IMG/VR virus record: IMGVR_UViG_2737471849_000005
Source: a virus
Lineage: Duplodnaviria; Heunggongvirae; Uroviricota; Caudoviricetes
DNA length: 37,298 nt
Strand: one strand, 5' to 3'
The notes under the pieces were generated by a model. That model had not been told where the DNA came from. It did not search any database and worked only from the letters and a program-made list of their open reading frames with translations. The stretch's first letter is position 1. Every line of letters starts with the position of its first letter. Of this stretch, positions 18,352-27,254 are shown piece after piece. Made by a program: the position numbers and the translations under genes.

Positions 18352-18554
18352 TGAAAGTGCGAGCGCATCAGTATGACACGGTGGATGCACTTTGCTGGCG
18401 TCATTACGGGCGCACGCAGGGTGTCACGGAGCAGGTACTGAAGGCAAATCCGGGGCTTGCCGAATACGGCCCCTTTTTACCTCACGGGCTGCAGGTGGAG
18501 CTGCCGGACATTCCGACAACCACCACCGTGCAGACCGTCCAGCTATGGGACTGA
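18351..18554 (+). CDS. X: Tail protein X (gpX, 67 aa)
   Basis: Size and position match P2 X. Its start overlaps the L stop. Confidence 0.75.
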   Translation: MKVRAHQYDTVDALCWRHYGRTQGVTEQVLKANPGLAEYGPFLPHGLQVELPDIPTTTTVQTVQLWD

Positions 18555-18557
18555 ATT

Positions 18558-18773
18558 ATGACGCTTGAGCGAATCAGCGCCTTTATCACGTATTTCATCG
18601 CCGTCGTGCTGGCCTGGCTGGGCGATTTGTCCATTAAGGATGCCTCAACGCTGGGCGGCCTGATGATTGGTGTGCTGATGCTGGCTATCAACTGGTACTA
18701 CAAACACAAAGCCTACCAGCTTCTGCGCGACGGGCAGATCTCGCGGGAGGACTATGAATCCATCAATCGTTAA
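18558..18773 (+). CDS. Small membrane protein, putative holin/pinholin
   Basis: A 71-aa protein with a hydrophobic core (FITYFIAVVLAWLG, LMIGVLMLAINWYY) immediately upstream of the endolysin. Confidence 0.55.
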   Translation: MTLERISAFITYFIAVVLAWLGDLSIKDASTLGGLMIGVLMLAINWYYKHKAYQLLRDGQISREDYESINR

Positions 18774-19266
18774 ACGCTGCCTTGTCGGGACCGTGCTGGC
18801 TATTGCTGCCACGCTGCCGGGTTTTCAGCAGCTTCACACCTCCGTGGAGGGGCTGAAACTGATTGCCGATTACGAAGGCTGTCGTCTGCAGCCGTATCAG
18901 TGCAGCGCGGGTGTCTGGACCGACGGCATTGGTAATACATCGGGCGTCATTCCCGGCAAAACCATTACGGAGCGACAGGCAGCAGAAGGGCTGATCTCCA
19001 ACGTGCTGCGTGTGGAGCGGGCGCTGGAAAGGTGTGTGAAGCAACAACCGCCGCAGAAGGTGTATGACGCTGCGGTGTCGTTTGCCTTCAACGTGGGTAC
19101 GGGCAATGCCTGCAGTTCCACGCTGGTGAAATTGCTCAATCAGCGGCGCTGGGCGGATGCGTGCCGACAGTTGCCGCGCTGGGTGTATGTAAAAGGTGTG
19201 TTTAATCAGGGGCTGGATAACCGCCGTGCGCGGGAGATGGCCTGGTGTTTACAGGGAGCAAACTGA
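18754..19266 (+). CDS. Endolysin, T4-lysozyme-like with N-terminal SAR-like hydrophobic segment
   Basis: The translation has the catalytic-region pattern YEG....Y.C..G.WTDGIGNT and an N-terminal hydrophobic stretch CLVGTVLAIAATLPGF. Confidence 0.75.
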   Translation: MNPSIVKRCLVGTVLAIAATLPGFQQLHTSVEGLKLIADYEGCRLQPYQCSAGVWTDGIGNTSGVIPGKTITERQAAEGLISNVLRVERALERCVKQQPPQKVYDAAVSFAFNVGTGNACSSTLVKLLNQRRWADACRQLPRWVYVKGVFNQGLDNRRAREMAWCLQGAN

Positions 19267-19267
19267 A

Positions 19268-19645
19268 ATGAAAAAGAAATTAATCAGCGGACTGTTTCTG
19301 ATGTTATGGATGGCGCTGTTAATCGCAGCAATGGTGTATCCGCAGGGGATTTTTCCGGTACTGGCAGCGTCCGGCGTTTGGGTAGCCTGTTTGCTGACAT
19401 GGGCGGTAATTCCGGTAGCACTGGCTGCGTTAATTAAGAATGGCCCGCTCTGGCAGGAGTTAAGGGCATCTTTGCTGAAGACAATTACCCGAAAAGAAAA
19501 CGTATTTATCAGTTGGGTGATGCGATTGCTGATTGTCGTCAGTCTCGCCTGGACGGGGTGGGCTATTACCCTGGTCTTTTATCTGCTGACCGTTATTGCC
19601 TTCTGGATCACCCGTAATCAGATGGCGCAACAGGTAGCAGCATGA
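19268..19645 (+). CDS. lysA: LysA-like membrane protein (lysis timing)
   Basis: Several hydrophobic helices, at the position of P2 lysA. Confidence 0.55.
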   Translation: MKKKLISGLFLMLWMALLIAAMVYPQGIFPVLAASGVWVACLLTWAVIPVALAALIKNGPLWQELRASLLKTITRKENVFISWVMRLLIVVSLAWTGWAITLVFYLLTVIAFWITRNQMAQQVAA

Positions 19646-20070
19646 ACCGGTTGCTGCTGGTTGTGCTGGCGTTATTACTGGCGGCGCTGGGCTGGCAGAC
19701 GTGGCGGCTGGCTGATGCCAGCCAGACCATTAGCACGCAGGCAGACGAGCTGCAGAGCAAAAGTCAGGCACTGGCAAAGAGCAACAGCCAGCTTATTAGC
19801 CTGTCCATTCTGACTGAAACCACTAACCGGGAGCAGGCGCGGCTCTATGCCGAAGCAGAACAGGCCAGCGCGCTGCTGAGACAACGACAACACCGGATCG
19901 AGGAACTGAAACGTGAGAACGAGGATTTACGCCGTTGGGCTGATACTCCTTTGCCTGCTGACATTATCCGGCTGCGGGAACGTTCGGCACTCACCGGAGG
20001 TGCAGCTTATCGTCAGTGGTTGTCCGCGAGTGACACCGTGTCGGCTGGATCAGGCAGCGCCGCGCACTAA
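19642..20070 (+). CDS. lysB: LysB, Rz-like inner-membrane spanin
   Basis: An N-terminal TM segment followed by a coiled-coil region, at the position of P2 lysB. Confidence 0.65.
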   Translation: MNRLLLVVLALLLAALGWQTWRLADASQTISTQADELQSKSQALAKSNSQLISLSILTETTNREQARLYAEAEQASALLRQRQHRIEELKRENEDLRRWADTPLPADIIRLRERSALTGGAAYRQWLSASDTVSAGSGSAAH

Positions 20071-20203
20071 CGGTGATCTGAACGCGTTGTTGGATGAAAC
20101 GGAGGCCGCCTGGGCGGTCTGTGCAGACAAAGTGGACATGATTATTGCGTGTCAGGAGCGAAACAGTGAACAAACCACAATCCCTGCGCCACGCCCTCAA
20201 TAA
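19913..20203 (+). CDS. lysC: LysC, Rz1-like outer-membrane lipoprotein spanin embedded in lysB
   Basis: The ORF lies in the +1 frame within and after lysB and carries a lipobox LTLSGC. Confidence 0.55.
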   Translation: MRTRIYAVGLILLCLLTLSGCGNVRHSPEVQLIVSGCPRVTPCRLDQAAPRTNGDLNALLDETEAAWAVCADKVDMIIACQERNSEQTTIPAPRPQ

Positions 20204-20597
20204 AGCGGTGCCTTATGTCCGCAATAACCCGGACAAACTGCATCTGTTTGTGGATAACGGTTCGCTGGTTGCCACGGGGGCCAGCTCCATGTCATGGGAG
20301 TACCGCTATACCCTGAACGTGGTGATAGAGGATTTCAGCGGCGACCAGAATCTGCTGATGGCCCCGGTTTTACTGTGGCTTCGGGATAACCAGCCCGATG
20401 CCATCAATAACCCGGCGTTACGGGAAAAGCTATTCACCTTTGATGTGGATATTTTGCGCAACGATGTCTGTGATATCAGCCTTAACCTGCAACTGACGGA
20501 ACGTGTGCTGGTCAGCACTGACGGCAGTGTGTCGAGCGTTGAAGCTGTAGCAGAACCCGATGAACCTGAAGAAATGTGGACGGTGAAACGTGGCTGA
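20166..20597 (+). CDS. R: Tail completion protein R (gpR family)
   Basis: The translation ..NPDKLHLFVDNGS...YRYTLNVVIEDFSGD..L..PVLLWLR.NQPD resembles P2 R. The likely start is the GTG at 20166 with an AGGAG RBS. Confidence 0.75.
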   Translation: MNKPQSLRHALNKAVPYVRNNPDKLHLFVDNGSLVATGASSMSWEYRYTLNVVIEDFSGDQNLLMAPVLLWLRDNQPDAINNPALREKLFTFDVDILRNDVCDISLNLQLTERVLVSTDGSVSSVEAVAEPDEPEEMWTVKRG

Positions 20598-21036
20598 ACT
20601 GCAGAAGGTGGACGACTGGCTGAGTGCCTTGCTGGCGAATCTGGAACCAGCCACGAGAAGCCGCATGATGCGCCAGCTGGCGCAGGAACTGCGCCGGACA
20701 CAGCAGCAGAATATCAGGATGCAGCGCAATCCAGATGGCAGCAGTTATGAACCGCGCAGGGTAACAGCACGTAGCAAGAAGGGGCGCATCAAACGTCAGA
20801 TGTTTGCAAAGCTGCGCACCACAAAATACCTGAAAACTGCCGCCAGCGCCGACTCTGCCAGCGTACAGTTTGAAGGCAAGGTGCAGCGTATTGCCCGTGT
20901 TCACCATTACGGCCTGCGAGATCGCGTCAGTCGTAAGGGACCGGAGGTGCGTTACGCAGAGCGTCGCCTTCTGGGTGTAAATGATGATGTTGAGGCAATG
21001 ACCCGTGACATGATTCTGCAATGGCTGGCGGGGTGA
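20590..21036 (+). CDS. S: Tail completion protein S (gpS family)
   Basis: Position and size match P2 S. Confidence 0.75.
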   Translation: MAELQKVDDWLSALLANLEPATRSRMMRQLAQELRRTQQQNIRMQRNPDGSSYEPRRVTARSKKGRIKRQMFAKLRTTKYLKTAASADSASVQFEGKVQRIARVHHYGLRDRVSRKGPEVRYAERRLLGVNDDVEAMTRDMILQWLAG

Positions 21037-21040
21037 TCTT

Positions 21041-21058
21041 TGTATCAGCACTGATACA
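21041..21058. promoter_or_regulatory. Ogr/B-type late activator site TGT-N12-ACA upstream of V
   Basis: The sequence TGTatcagcactgatACA is a near-perfect dyad in the S-V intergenic region. Confidence 0.45.
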
Positions 21059-21104
21059 AGTTGCAGCACTGCCGCCTTTCTTCCCCTGATGGCAACCTTT
21101 CCCT

Positions 21105-21683
21105 ATGAACGCACAATTAACCGAAATCATGCGCCTTATCACCAACCTGATCCGCACAGGGGTAGTCACCGAAGTGGACAGGGAAAACTGGCTTTGTCGG
21201 GTGAAAACGGGCGAGCTTGAAACCAACTGGATCAGCTGGCTGACGCTGCGTGCCGGGAATGCCCGTACATGGTGGCGACCATCGGAAGGTGAGCAGGTGG
21301 TGCTGCTGAGTCTGGGCGGCAATCTGGAAACCGCCTTTGCGCTGCCCGCTGTCTATTCGAATCAGTTCGCACCACCGTCGACGTCGGCGGACGCCTGCGT
21401 GACAGAACATCCTGACGGTGGCTGGTTTGAATACGAACCCGCCACCGGGCGCTGGTATGTCAGGGGCATCAAATCAATGGTCATTGAGGCTGCTGACAAC
21501 ATCACCATGAAAACCAGTGAGTTTGTACTGGAGGCTGACCGCACGCGCATTAACAGCGAAGTGGTGATCAATGGTGGCGTTACCCAGGGCGGCGGAGCGA
21601 TGAGTTCTAACGGGATCGTGGTTGATGCGCATCAGCATACTGGCGTCCTGAAAGGCGGCGATACAACCGGAGGCCCGGTATGA
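21105..21683 (+). CDS. V: Baseplate spike/assembly protein V (gpV family)
   Basis: Position and size match P2 V. Confidence 0.85.
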   Translation: MNAQLTEIMRLITNLIRTGVVTEVDRENWLCRVKTGELETNWISWLTLRAGNARTWWRPSEGEQVVLLSLGGNLETAFALPAVYSNQFAPPSTSADACVTEHPDGGWFEYEPATGRWYVRGIKSMVIEAADNITMKTSEFVLEADRTRINSEVVINGGVTQGGGAMSSNGIVVDAHQHTGVLKGGDTTGGPV

Positions 21684-22039
21684 CGCTTTATAGCGGGATG
21701 AACAATACCAGCGGCAAAGTCATTACTGATATTGATCATCTGCGCCAGTCGGTGCGGGACATTCTGCTCACACCGCAGGGTAGCCGTATTGCCCGCCGGG
21801 AATATGGTTCCCTCCTGTCGGTTTTAATAGATCAGCCACAAAATCCGGCATTACGCCTGCAGGTCATGTCGGCAGTGTATGTGGCGCTGAGTCGCTGGGA
21901 GCCACGGCTGACGCTGGATTCCATCACCATCAACAGCAACTTTGACGGTTCTATGGTGGTGGAGCTGACCGGGCGGCGGAATAACGGTGTGCCTGTGTCC
22001 CTTTCCGTATCAACAGGAGCAGAGAATGGCAGTGATTGA
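21680..22039 (+). CDS. W: Baseplate protein W (gpW, gp25-like)
   Basis: Position and size match P2 W. Confidence 0.85.
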   Translation: MTLYSGMNNTSGKVITDIDHLRQSVRDILLTPQGSRIARREYGSLLSVLIDQPQNPALRLQVMSAVYVALSRWEPRLTLDSITINSNFDGSMVVELTGRRNNGVPVSLSVSTGAENGSD

Positions 22040-22934
22040 CCTTTCGCAGTTGCCTGCACCGCAGATTGTGGATGTGCCGGACTTTGAGACGCTGCTTGCC
22101 GAACGCAAGGCCCAATTTGTGGCGCTTCATCCGAAAGATGAGCAGGAAGCCGTGATCCGAACGCTGGAACTGGAATCTGAACCCGTCACTAAATTGTTGC
22201 AGGAGAACGCTTACCGTGAGTTGCTTCTGCGCCAGCGCATTAACGAAGCCGCGCAGGCGGTGATGGTGGCTTACGCGATGGGCGGCGATCTTGACCAGCT
22301 CGCTGCCAACTACAACGTGACACGCCTGACGGTGACGCCTGCTGATAATGATGCTGTGCCGCCCGTTGCAGCTGTGATGGAAAGCGATGAAGCGTTACGC
22401 CTGCGTGTGCCTGCAGCCTTTGAAGGGCTTTCTGTTGCGGGGCCAACTGCAGCTTATGAATTTCATGCCCGAAGCGCCGACGGTCGGGTGGCGGATGCCA
22501 GTGCAACCAGCCCGGCACCTGCAGAGGTGGTGCTGACTGTCCTTAGCCGCGAAGGCGATGGAACTGCAGAAAAAGACCTGCTGGACGTGGTGGAAAAAGC
22601 TCTGAACAGTGAGAACGTCCGCCCGGTGGCTGACCGTCTGACGGTTCGCAGCGCAGAAATCATCCCGTATCGCGTGGAAGCCACCATTTTTCTCTATCCG
22701 GGACCGGAAGCAGAGCCGGTAATGGCAGCGGCAAAAGCCAGCCTGCAGAAGTACATCGCCAGTCAGACGCGTCTTGGTCGGGATATTCGCCGTAGCGCCA
22801 TCTTTGCCGCCCTGCATGTTGAGGGTGTGCAGCGTGTGGAGCTGGCTTCTCCTCTGGCGGATGTGGTCCTGAACAAAACACAGGCGGCATCATGTGCGCA
22901 GTGGAGCGTAACCAACGGAGGAACGGATGAATAG
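22026..22934 (+). CDS. J: Baseplate protein J (gpJ family)
   Basis: An RBS precedes MAVIDLSQL at 22026. Confidence 0.85.
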   Translation: MAVIDLSQLPAPQIVDVPDFETLLAERKAQFVALHPKDEQEAVIRTLELESEPVTKLLQENAYRELLLRQRINEAAQAVMVAYAMGGDLDQLAANYNVTRLTVTPADNDAVPPVAAVMESDEALRLRVPAAFEGLSVAGPTAAYEFHARSADGRVADASATSPAPAEVVLTVLSREGDGTAEKDLLDVVEKALNSENVRPVADRLTVRSAEIIPYRVEATIFLYPGPEAEPVMAAAKASLQKYIASQTRLGRDIRRSAIFAALHVEGVQRVELASPLADVVLNKTQAASCAQWSVTNGGTDE

Positions 22935-23532
22935 TCTGCTGCCACCGGGTTCAACTTCACTGGAGCGCCGACTGGCGCAAACCTGTAGCGGGATTTCTGA
23001 TCTGCAGGTGCCGCTGCGTGACTTGTGGAATCCGGCTACCTGTCCGGTCAGCTTCCTGCCTTATCTCGCCTGGGCGTTCTCTGTGGATCGCTGGGACGAG
23101 GGCTGGACAGAAAGCGTCAAACGCCAGGTAGTGAAGGATGCTTTTTATATTCATCAGCATAAAGGAACCACCAGTGCCGTGCGGCGGGTGGTGGAACCGT
23201 TCGGATTCCTGATCCGCATTATTGAGTGGTGGCAGACCGGAGAAACACCGGGCACGTTTCGCCTGGATATCGGCGTGCAGGACCAGGGCATCACTGAAGA
23301 TACCTATCTGGAACTTGAGCGGCTGATAAGCGATGCCAAACCATGTAGCCGTCACATGATCGGCATGTCCATCAATCTGCAGACCAGCGGTCCGCATTGG
23401 GTGGGGGCCGCCAGCTATCTTGGCGAAGAAATCACGATCTATCCGTATATCAACGAAACAATTATTTCTGGCGGCACCGCGCATGAAGGCGGGGCGGTCC
23501 ATGTTATTGACACAATGAGAGTGAATCCATGA
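22927..23532 (+). CDS. I: Baseplate/tail protein I (gpI family)
   Basis: Position and size match P2 I. Confidence 0.8.
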   Translation: MNSLLPPGSTSLERRLAQTCSGISDLQVPLRDLWNPATCPVSFLPYLAWAFSVDRWDEGWTESVKRQVVKDAFYIHQHKGTTSAVRRVVEPFGFLIRIIEWWQTGETPGTFRLDIGVQDQGITEDTYLELERLISDAKPCSRHMIGMSINLQTSGPHWVGAASYLGEEITIYPYINETIISGGTAHEGGAVHVIDTMRVNP

Positions 23533-25085
23533 GCACAAAATTTTATACCCTGCTGACGGATATTGGCGCGGCGAAACTTGCCAGCGCCGCCGCGCTCGGT
23601 GTGCCGCTAAAAATTACCCATATGGCGGTCGGCGATGGCGGCGGAGTATTGCCAACGCCAGACTCAAAGCAGACTGCACTGGTAAATGAGAAACGCCGGG
23701 CTGCGCTGAATATGCTCTATATCGACCCGCAGAACAGCAGCCAGATTATTGCCGAACAGGTGATCCCTGAAAACGAGGGCGGTTGGTGGATACGTGAAGT
23801 GGGCTTGTTTGATGAGTCCGGGGCATTGATTGCCGTGGGCAACTGCCCGGAAAGCTATAAGCCGCAACTGGCTGAAGGTAGCGGGCGCACTCAGACCGTG
23901 CGCATGGTGCTGATTACCAGCAGCACGGACAATATCACCCTGAAAATCGACCCTGCCGTAGTGCTGGCAACCCGCAAGTATGTGGATGACAAGGCACTGG
24001 AGCTGAAGGTGTACGCGGATGATCAGATGGCAAAACATCTTGCCGCACCGGACCCGCATTCACAGTATGCACCCAAAGAAAGTCCGACGTTTACCGGGAC
24101 ACCCAAAGCGCCAACGCCAGCGGCGGGGAATAACACCACGCAGATTGCGACCACCGCGTTTGTTCAGGCGGCTCTGACGGCTCTTATTAATGGTGCGCCA
24201 GCCACGTTGGACACGCTGAAAGAAATAGCCGCAGCCATTAACAATGATCCGAAATTCAGTACCACCATTAACAATGCGCTGGCACTGAAAGCGCCGCTGT
24301 CGAGTCCGGCACTCACCGGAACGCCAACCGCACCTACTGCGGCACAGTCGGTCAACAATACACAGATTGCCACCACGGCATTTGTGAAATCGGCGATTGC
24401 GGCAATGGTGGGTTCTGCACCTGCGGCACTGGATACACTGAACGAACTGGCGGCAGCGCTGGGGAATGACCCGAACTTTGCCACGACAATGCTTAATGCG
24501 CTGGCAGGTAAACAACCGCTGGACAATACGCTGACTAATTTGAGTGGAAAGGATGTAGCTGGTCTTCTCACATACCTTGGTTTGGGAGAAGGTTCAGCAT
24601 TACCTGTTGGTGCACCTGTTCCGTGGCCTTCAGAGACACCTCCAACAGGCTGGCTGAAATGCAACGGAGCAGCTTTTTCTGCTGAAGAATACCCGGAACT
24701 GGCAAAGGCTTACCCGACAAATAAATTGCCTGATTTACGTGGTGAGTTTATTCGTGGCTGGGATGATTCTAGAGGGATTGATACGGGGCGTTCATTGCTA
24801 AGTGGTCAGGCTGCAACATTTATTCGTACAGCTTTGCAGGATTATTACGGTTACGATCTGAATACTAATGTCAAAGTAGGTATCGCTTTTGCTACTGCTG
24901 ATTCTGTTATAACTGTTGGAAACCCAGCTAATCCTAAAGCAGGAAATAATAGCGATTATGTTCCTGCATCAGCAGATAACTCCATAACGGGTACTCAAAG
25001 GACAGCGGAGGATAATTTTACCGGGGCATGGATATCAATGCGCCCTCGTAACCTTTCATTTAATTACATCGTGAGGGCTGCATAA
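23529..25085 (+). CDS. H: Tail fibre protein H; C-terminal third lies inside the invertible segment
   Basis: The N-terminal sequence MSTKFYTLLTDIGAAKLA fits P2 H. The protein has internal repeats, and a recombination site lies within the gene at 24565-24590. Confidence 0.85.
   Translation: MSTKFYTLLTDIGAAKLASAAALGVPLKITHMAVGDGGGVLPTPDSKQTALVNEKRRAALNMLYIDPQNSSQIIAEQVIPENEGGWWIREVGLFDESGALIAVGNCPESYKPQLAEGSGRTQTVRMVLITSSTDNITLKIDPAVVLATRKYVDDKALELKVYADDQMAKHLAAPDPHSQYAPKESPTFTGTPKAPTPAAGNNTTQIATTAFVQAALTALINGAPATLDTLKEIAAAINNDPKFSTTINNALALKAPLSSPALTGTPTAPTAAQSVNNTQIATTAFVKSAIAAMVGSAPAALDTLNELAAALGNDPNFATTMLNALAGKQPLDNTLTNLSGKDVAGLLTYLGLGEGSALPVGAPVPWPSETPPTGWLKCNGAAFSAEEYPELAKAYPTNKLPDLRGEFIRGWDDSRGIDTGRSLLSGQAATFIRTALQDYYGYDLNTNVKVGIAFATADSVITVGNPANPKAGNNSDYVPASADNSITGTQRTAEDNFTGAWISMRPRNLSFNYIVRAA
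24565..24590. repeat. Gin/Pin-type crossover site (left), inside H
   Basis: The sequence TTCTCACATACCTTGGTTTGGGAGAA is an imperfect 26-bp palindrome. Its right half is the reverse complement of the left half of the site at 26465-26490. Confidence 0.55.
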
Positions 25086-25687
25086 TGGATAATGCCGTAT
25101 TAAATAGCGAGTTTATTGCCACGAAGGCGGGGGATATTACTGTCTATAATTATAATGGTGAAACACGAGAATATATTTCCACATCAACTGAATATCTTGC
25201 TGTTGGTGTCGGTATTCCGGCATGTTCCTGTTTAGATGCACCAGGAACATATAAAGCTGGTTATGCCATCTGCCGCTCTGCGGATTTAAACTCATGGGAA
25301 TATGTGCCAGACCATCGCGGAGAAATCGTCTATAACACCGAAACGGGAGACGCCAAAGAAATCACAACTCCGGGTGATTACCCCGAAAATACAACCACTA
25401 TCGCCCCATTAACGCCATACGATAAATGGGATGGTGAGAAATGGGTGACCGATACTGAGGCACAGCATCACGCCGCAGTAGACGCGGCAGAAGCACAGCG
25501 TCAGTCACTGATTGATACTGCAATGGCTTCCATTAGTCTGATTCAACTGAAATTACAGGCTGGGCGGAAGCTGATGCAGGCAGAGACCTCCCGACTTAAC
25601 ACTGTGCTGGATTACATTGACGCGGTGACGGCAACAGATACCAGCACCGCGCCGGATGTCATCTGGCCTGAACTGCCGGAGGAGTAG
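25085..25687 (+). CDS. G: Tail fibre assembly chaperone G (Tfa)
   Basis: Position and the conserved C-terminal ...DYIDAV.ATDTSTAPDVIWPELPE tail. Confidence 0.8.
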   Translation: MDNAVLNSEFIATKAGDITVYNYNGETREYISTSTEYLAVGVGIPACSCLDAPGTYKAGYAICRSADLNSWEYVPDHRGEIVYNTETGDAKEITTPGDYPENTTTIAPLTPYDKWDGEKWVTDTEAQHHAAVDAAEAQRQSLIDTAMASISLIQLKLQAGRKLMQAETSRLNTVLDYIDAVTATDTSTAPDVIWPELPEE

Positions 25688-26099
25688 GCCATTCAATATC
25701 TGGCGCACTGGAAGTATCGACCAGCTCCAGTGCGTCCAGATAATCCAGCCACAAATTATATTGCGCCAGTTCCTCACCTTTCAGACGACCAATAGCCGCT
25801 TTACCAGCCCATTGTTTACTGTTCATATAATCGTTGGCCTGATTAATCAATTGCTGCTTTTTAAGTTCGGCTGCAGCAATCTGTTCCTCATGTGTTGGTG
25901 GTGGAATTTCAGACCATGCAGGAAAACCATTTTCTCCAGCGATACGGATTTTTCCTTTCGGCGGTAATCCGGAAAACTCAATATACACTTGCTCATCAAC
26001 TTCAACAGCATCATCTGGCCATGAGTCAGCTTGCGTGTAATCCTCTTTCATCTCCAAGGGATAGAAAGAGTTTGTAGTCGCGGAATATATGTAATTCAT
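25659..26099 (-). CDS. Alternative tail fibre assembly chaperone (Tfa') on the inverted strand
   Basis: Its C-terminal ...DYLDALELVDTSSAPDIEWPTPP tail is homologous to the G C-terminus. It is convergent with G. Confidence 0.7.
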   Translation of the reverse strand: MNYIYSATTNSFYPLEMKEDYTQADSWPDDAVEVDEQVYIEFSGLPPKGKIRIAGENGFPAWSEIPPPTHEEQIAAAELKKQQLINQANDYMNSKQWAGKAAIGRLKGEELAQYNLWLDYLDALELVDTSSAPDIEWPTPPAVQAR

Positions 26100-26125
26100 T
26101 TTTCACTCCATAAAGTTAAAAGAAA

Positions 26126-26518
26126 TTAACACCCTAATGCGAAAAATGAAGCACCGATACCGGGTACGCCTGCTCTGGAAATAAATTTCACCGGGTCCTG
26201 GTTATAACCGGCACAAGCTATATAGCCAACATTTGCACTGCCGGGAGTGTAATCCTGAGTCGCAAATACCCGCAGACATCTATTCGGAAATGCAATCGGA
26301 AAATAGGTTACTGTGTCCTGAGACGTCAGCGGAACATCAATTGGCCCCCATTGAATAATTAAACCGGATGGCAATTTTTGATATCCAGGAACTGAAGCAG
26401 AAAGCATAAAACTACCCATATCAGGTATCTGATTCGCCCCTGTCCCTACATTTCTTTTAGCCGCTTCTCCCAAACCAACGTTTAAGAAAATGCAGCGATT
26501 ACGGCTAACTGGCATCAT
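26126..26518 (-). CDS. Alternative tail-fibre C-terminal segment (Sv'-like), promoterless until inversion
   Basis: The minus-strand frame runs through the crossover site and encodes ..VGLGE.. there, matching ..LGLGE.. in H at the left site. Confidence 0.55.
   Translation of the reverse strand: MMPVSRNRCIFLNVGLGEAAKRNVGTGANQIPDMGSFMLSASVPGYQKLPSGLIIQWGPIDVPLTSQDTVTYFPIAFPNRCLRVFATQDYTPGSANVGYIACAGYNQDPVKFISRAGVPGIGASFFALGC
26465..26490. repeat. Gin/Pin-type crossover site (right)
   Basis: The sequence TTCTCCCAAACCAACGTTTAAGAAAA fits the pattern TTnTCnnAAACC..GTTT..GA.AA of gix/cix-type sites, in inverted orientation to the site in H. Confidence 0.55.
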
Positions 26519-26545
26519 CCCCTATTTTTATTCAGGGAGATGATC

Positions 26546-27112
26546 ATGCTTATTGGCTATGTACGCGTGTCAACAAATGACCAGAACACCGATTTGCAAC
26601 GTAATGCGCTGAACTGCGCGGGATGTGAGCGGATTTTTGAGGACAAAATCAGTGGCACTAAGTCCGACAGACCGGGGCTTAAAAAACTGCTCAGGACACT
26701 ATTGGCAGGAGACACGCTGGTTGTCTGGAAGCTGGACAGGTTGGGGCGCAGTATGCGGCATCTTGTTACGCTGATAGAAGAGTTGCGCCAGCGTGGTGTG
26801 AATTTCCGAAGCCTGACTGACAGTATTGATACCAGTACCCCAATGGGCCGTTTCTTTTTTCATGTCATGGGTGCCCTGGCTGAAATGGAACGCGAACTGA
26901 TAGTTGAACGTACCCGGGCAGGGCTGGCTGCAGCTCGTGCTAAAGGCAGAGTAGGTGGACGCCGTCCTAAGTTGACCACTGAACAGTGGGCACAGATTGG
27001 ACGTTTACTCGAGGCCGGAGAATCAAGACAGCGTATTGCACTGATTTTTGATGTAGGCGTTTCTACCATTTATCGAAAATTTCCGGCAAATAAGAGCAAT
27101 AAATCTCCCTGA
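26546..27112 (+). CDS. Serine recombinase DNA invertase (Gin/Pin/Cin/Hin family)
   Basis: The translation MLIGYVRVSTNDQNTDLQRNAL...VVWKLDRLGRSM...FRSLTDSIDTS.PMGRFFFHVMGALAEMEREL is almost collinear with Mu Gin as I recall it. A GGGAGA RBS precedes the start. Confidence 0.9.
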   Translation: MLIGYVRVSTNDQNTDLQRNALNCAGCERIFEDKISGTKSDRPGLKKLLRTLLAGDTLVVWKLDRLGRSMRHLVTLIEELRQRGVNFRSLTDSIDTSTPMGRFFFHVMGALAEMERELIVERTRAGLAAARAKGRVGGRRPKLTTEQWAQIGRLLEAGESRQRIALIFDVGVSTIYRKFPANKSNKSP

Positions 27113-27162
27113 ATCAGCTTTATTTTGATTATCCCTGAAAGCAGACAAATACCGTCATTTTG

Positions 27163-27180
27163 TGTGAATAACGGTACAAC
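27163..27180. promoter_or_regulatory. Ogr/B-type late activator site TGT-N12-ACA upstream of FI
   Basis: The sequence is TGTgtgaataacggtACA. Its centre is about 85 bp upstream of the FI start. Confidence 0.45.
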
Positions 27181-27254
27181 TGCGCTTAGCTGTTTGTCAG
27201 GCACAATCACTTCAACATAGGGCGAAGCCTAATCCAATCAGGAGGTTCGCCACT

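Noticed and set aside
24060-24500. Internal repeats in tail fibre H (two roughly 55-aa units: NNTQIATTAFV...GAPA.LDTL.E.AAA..NDP.F.TT..NALA).
   Set aside because: This is real but ordinary. Repeated domains of this kind are common in P2-type tail fibres and do not indicate a separate element.
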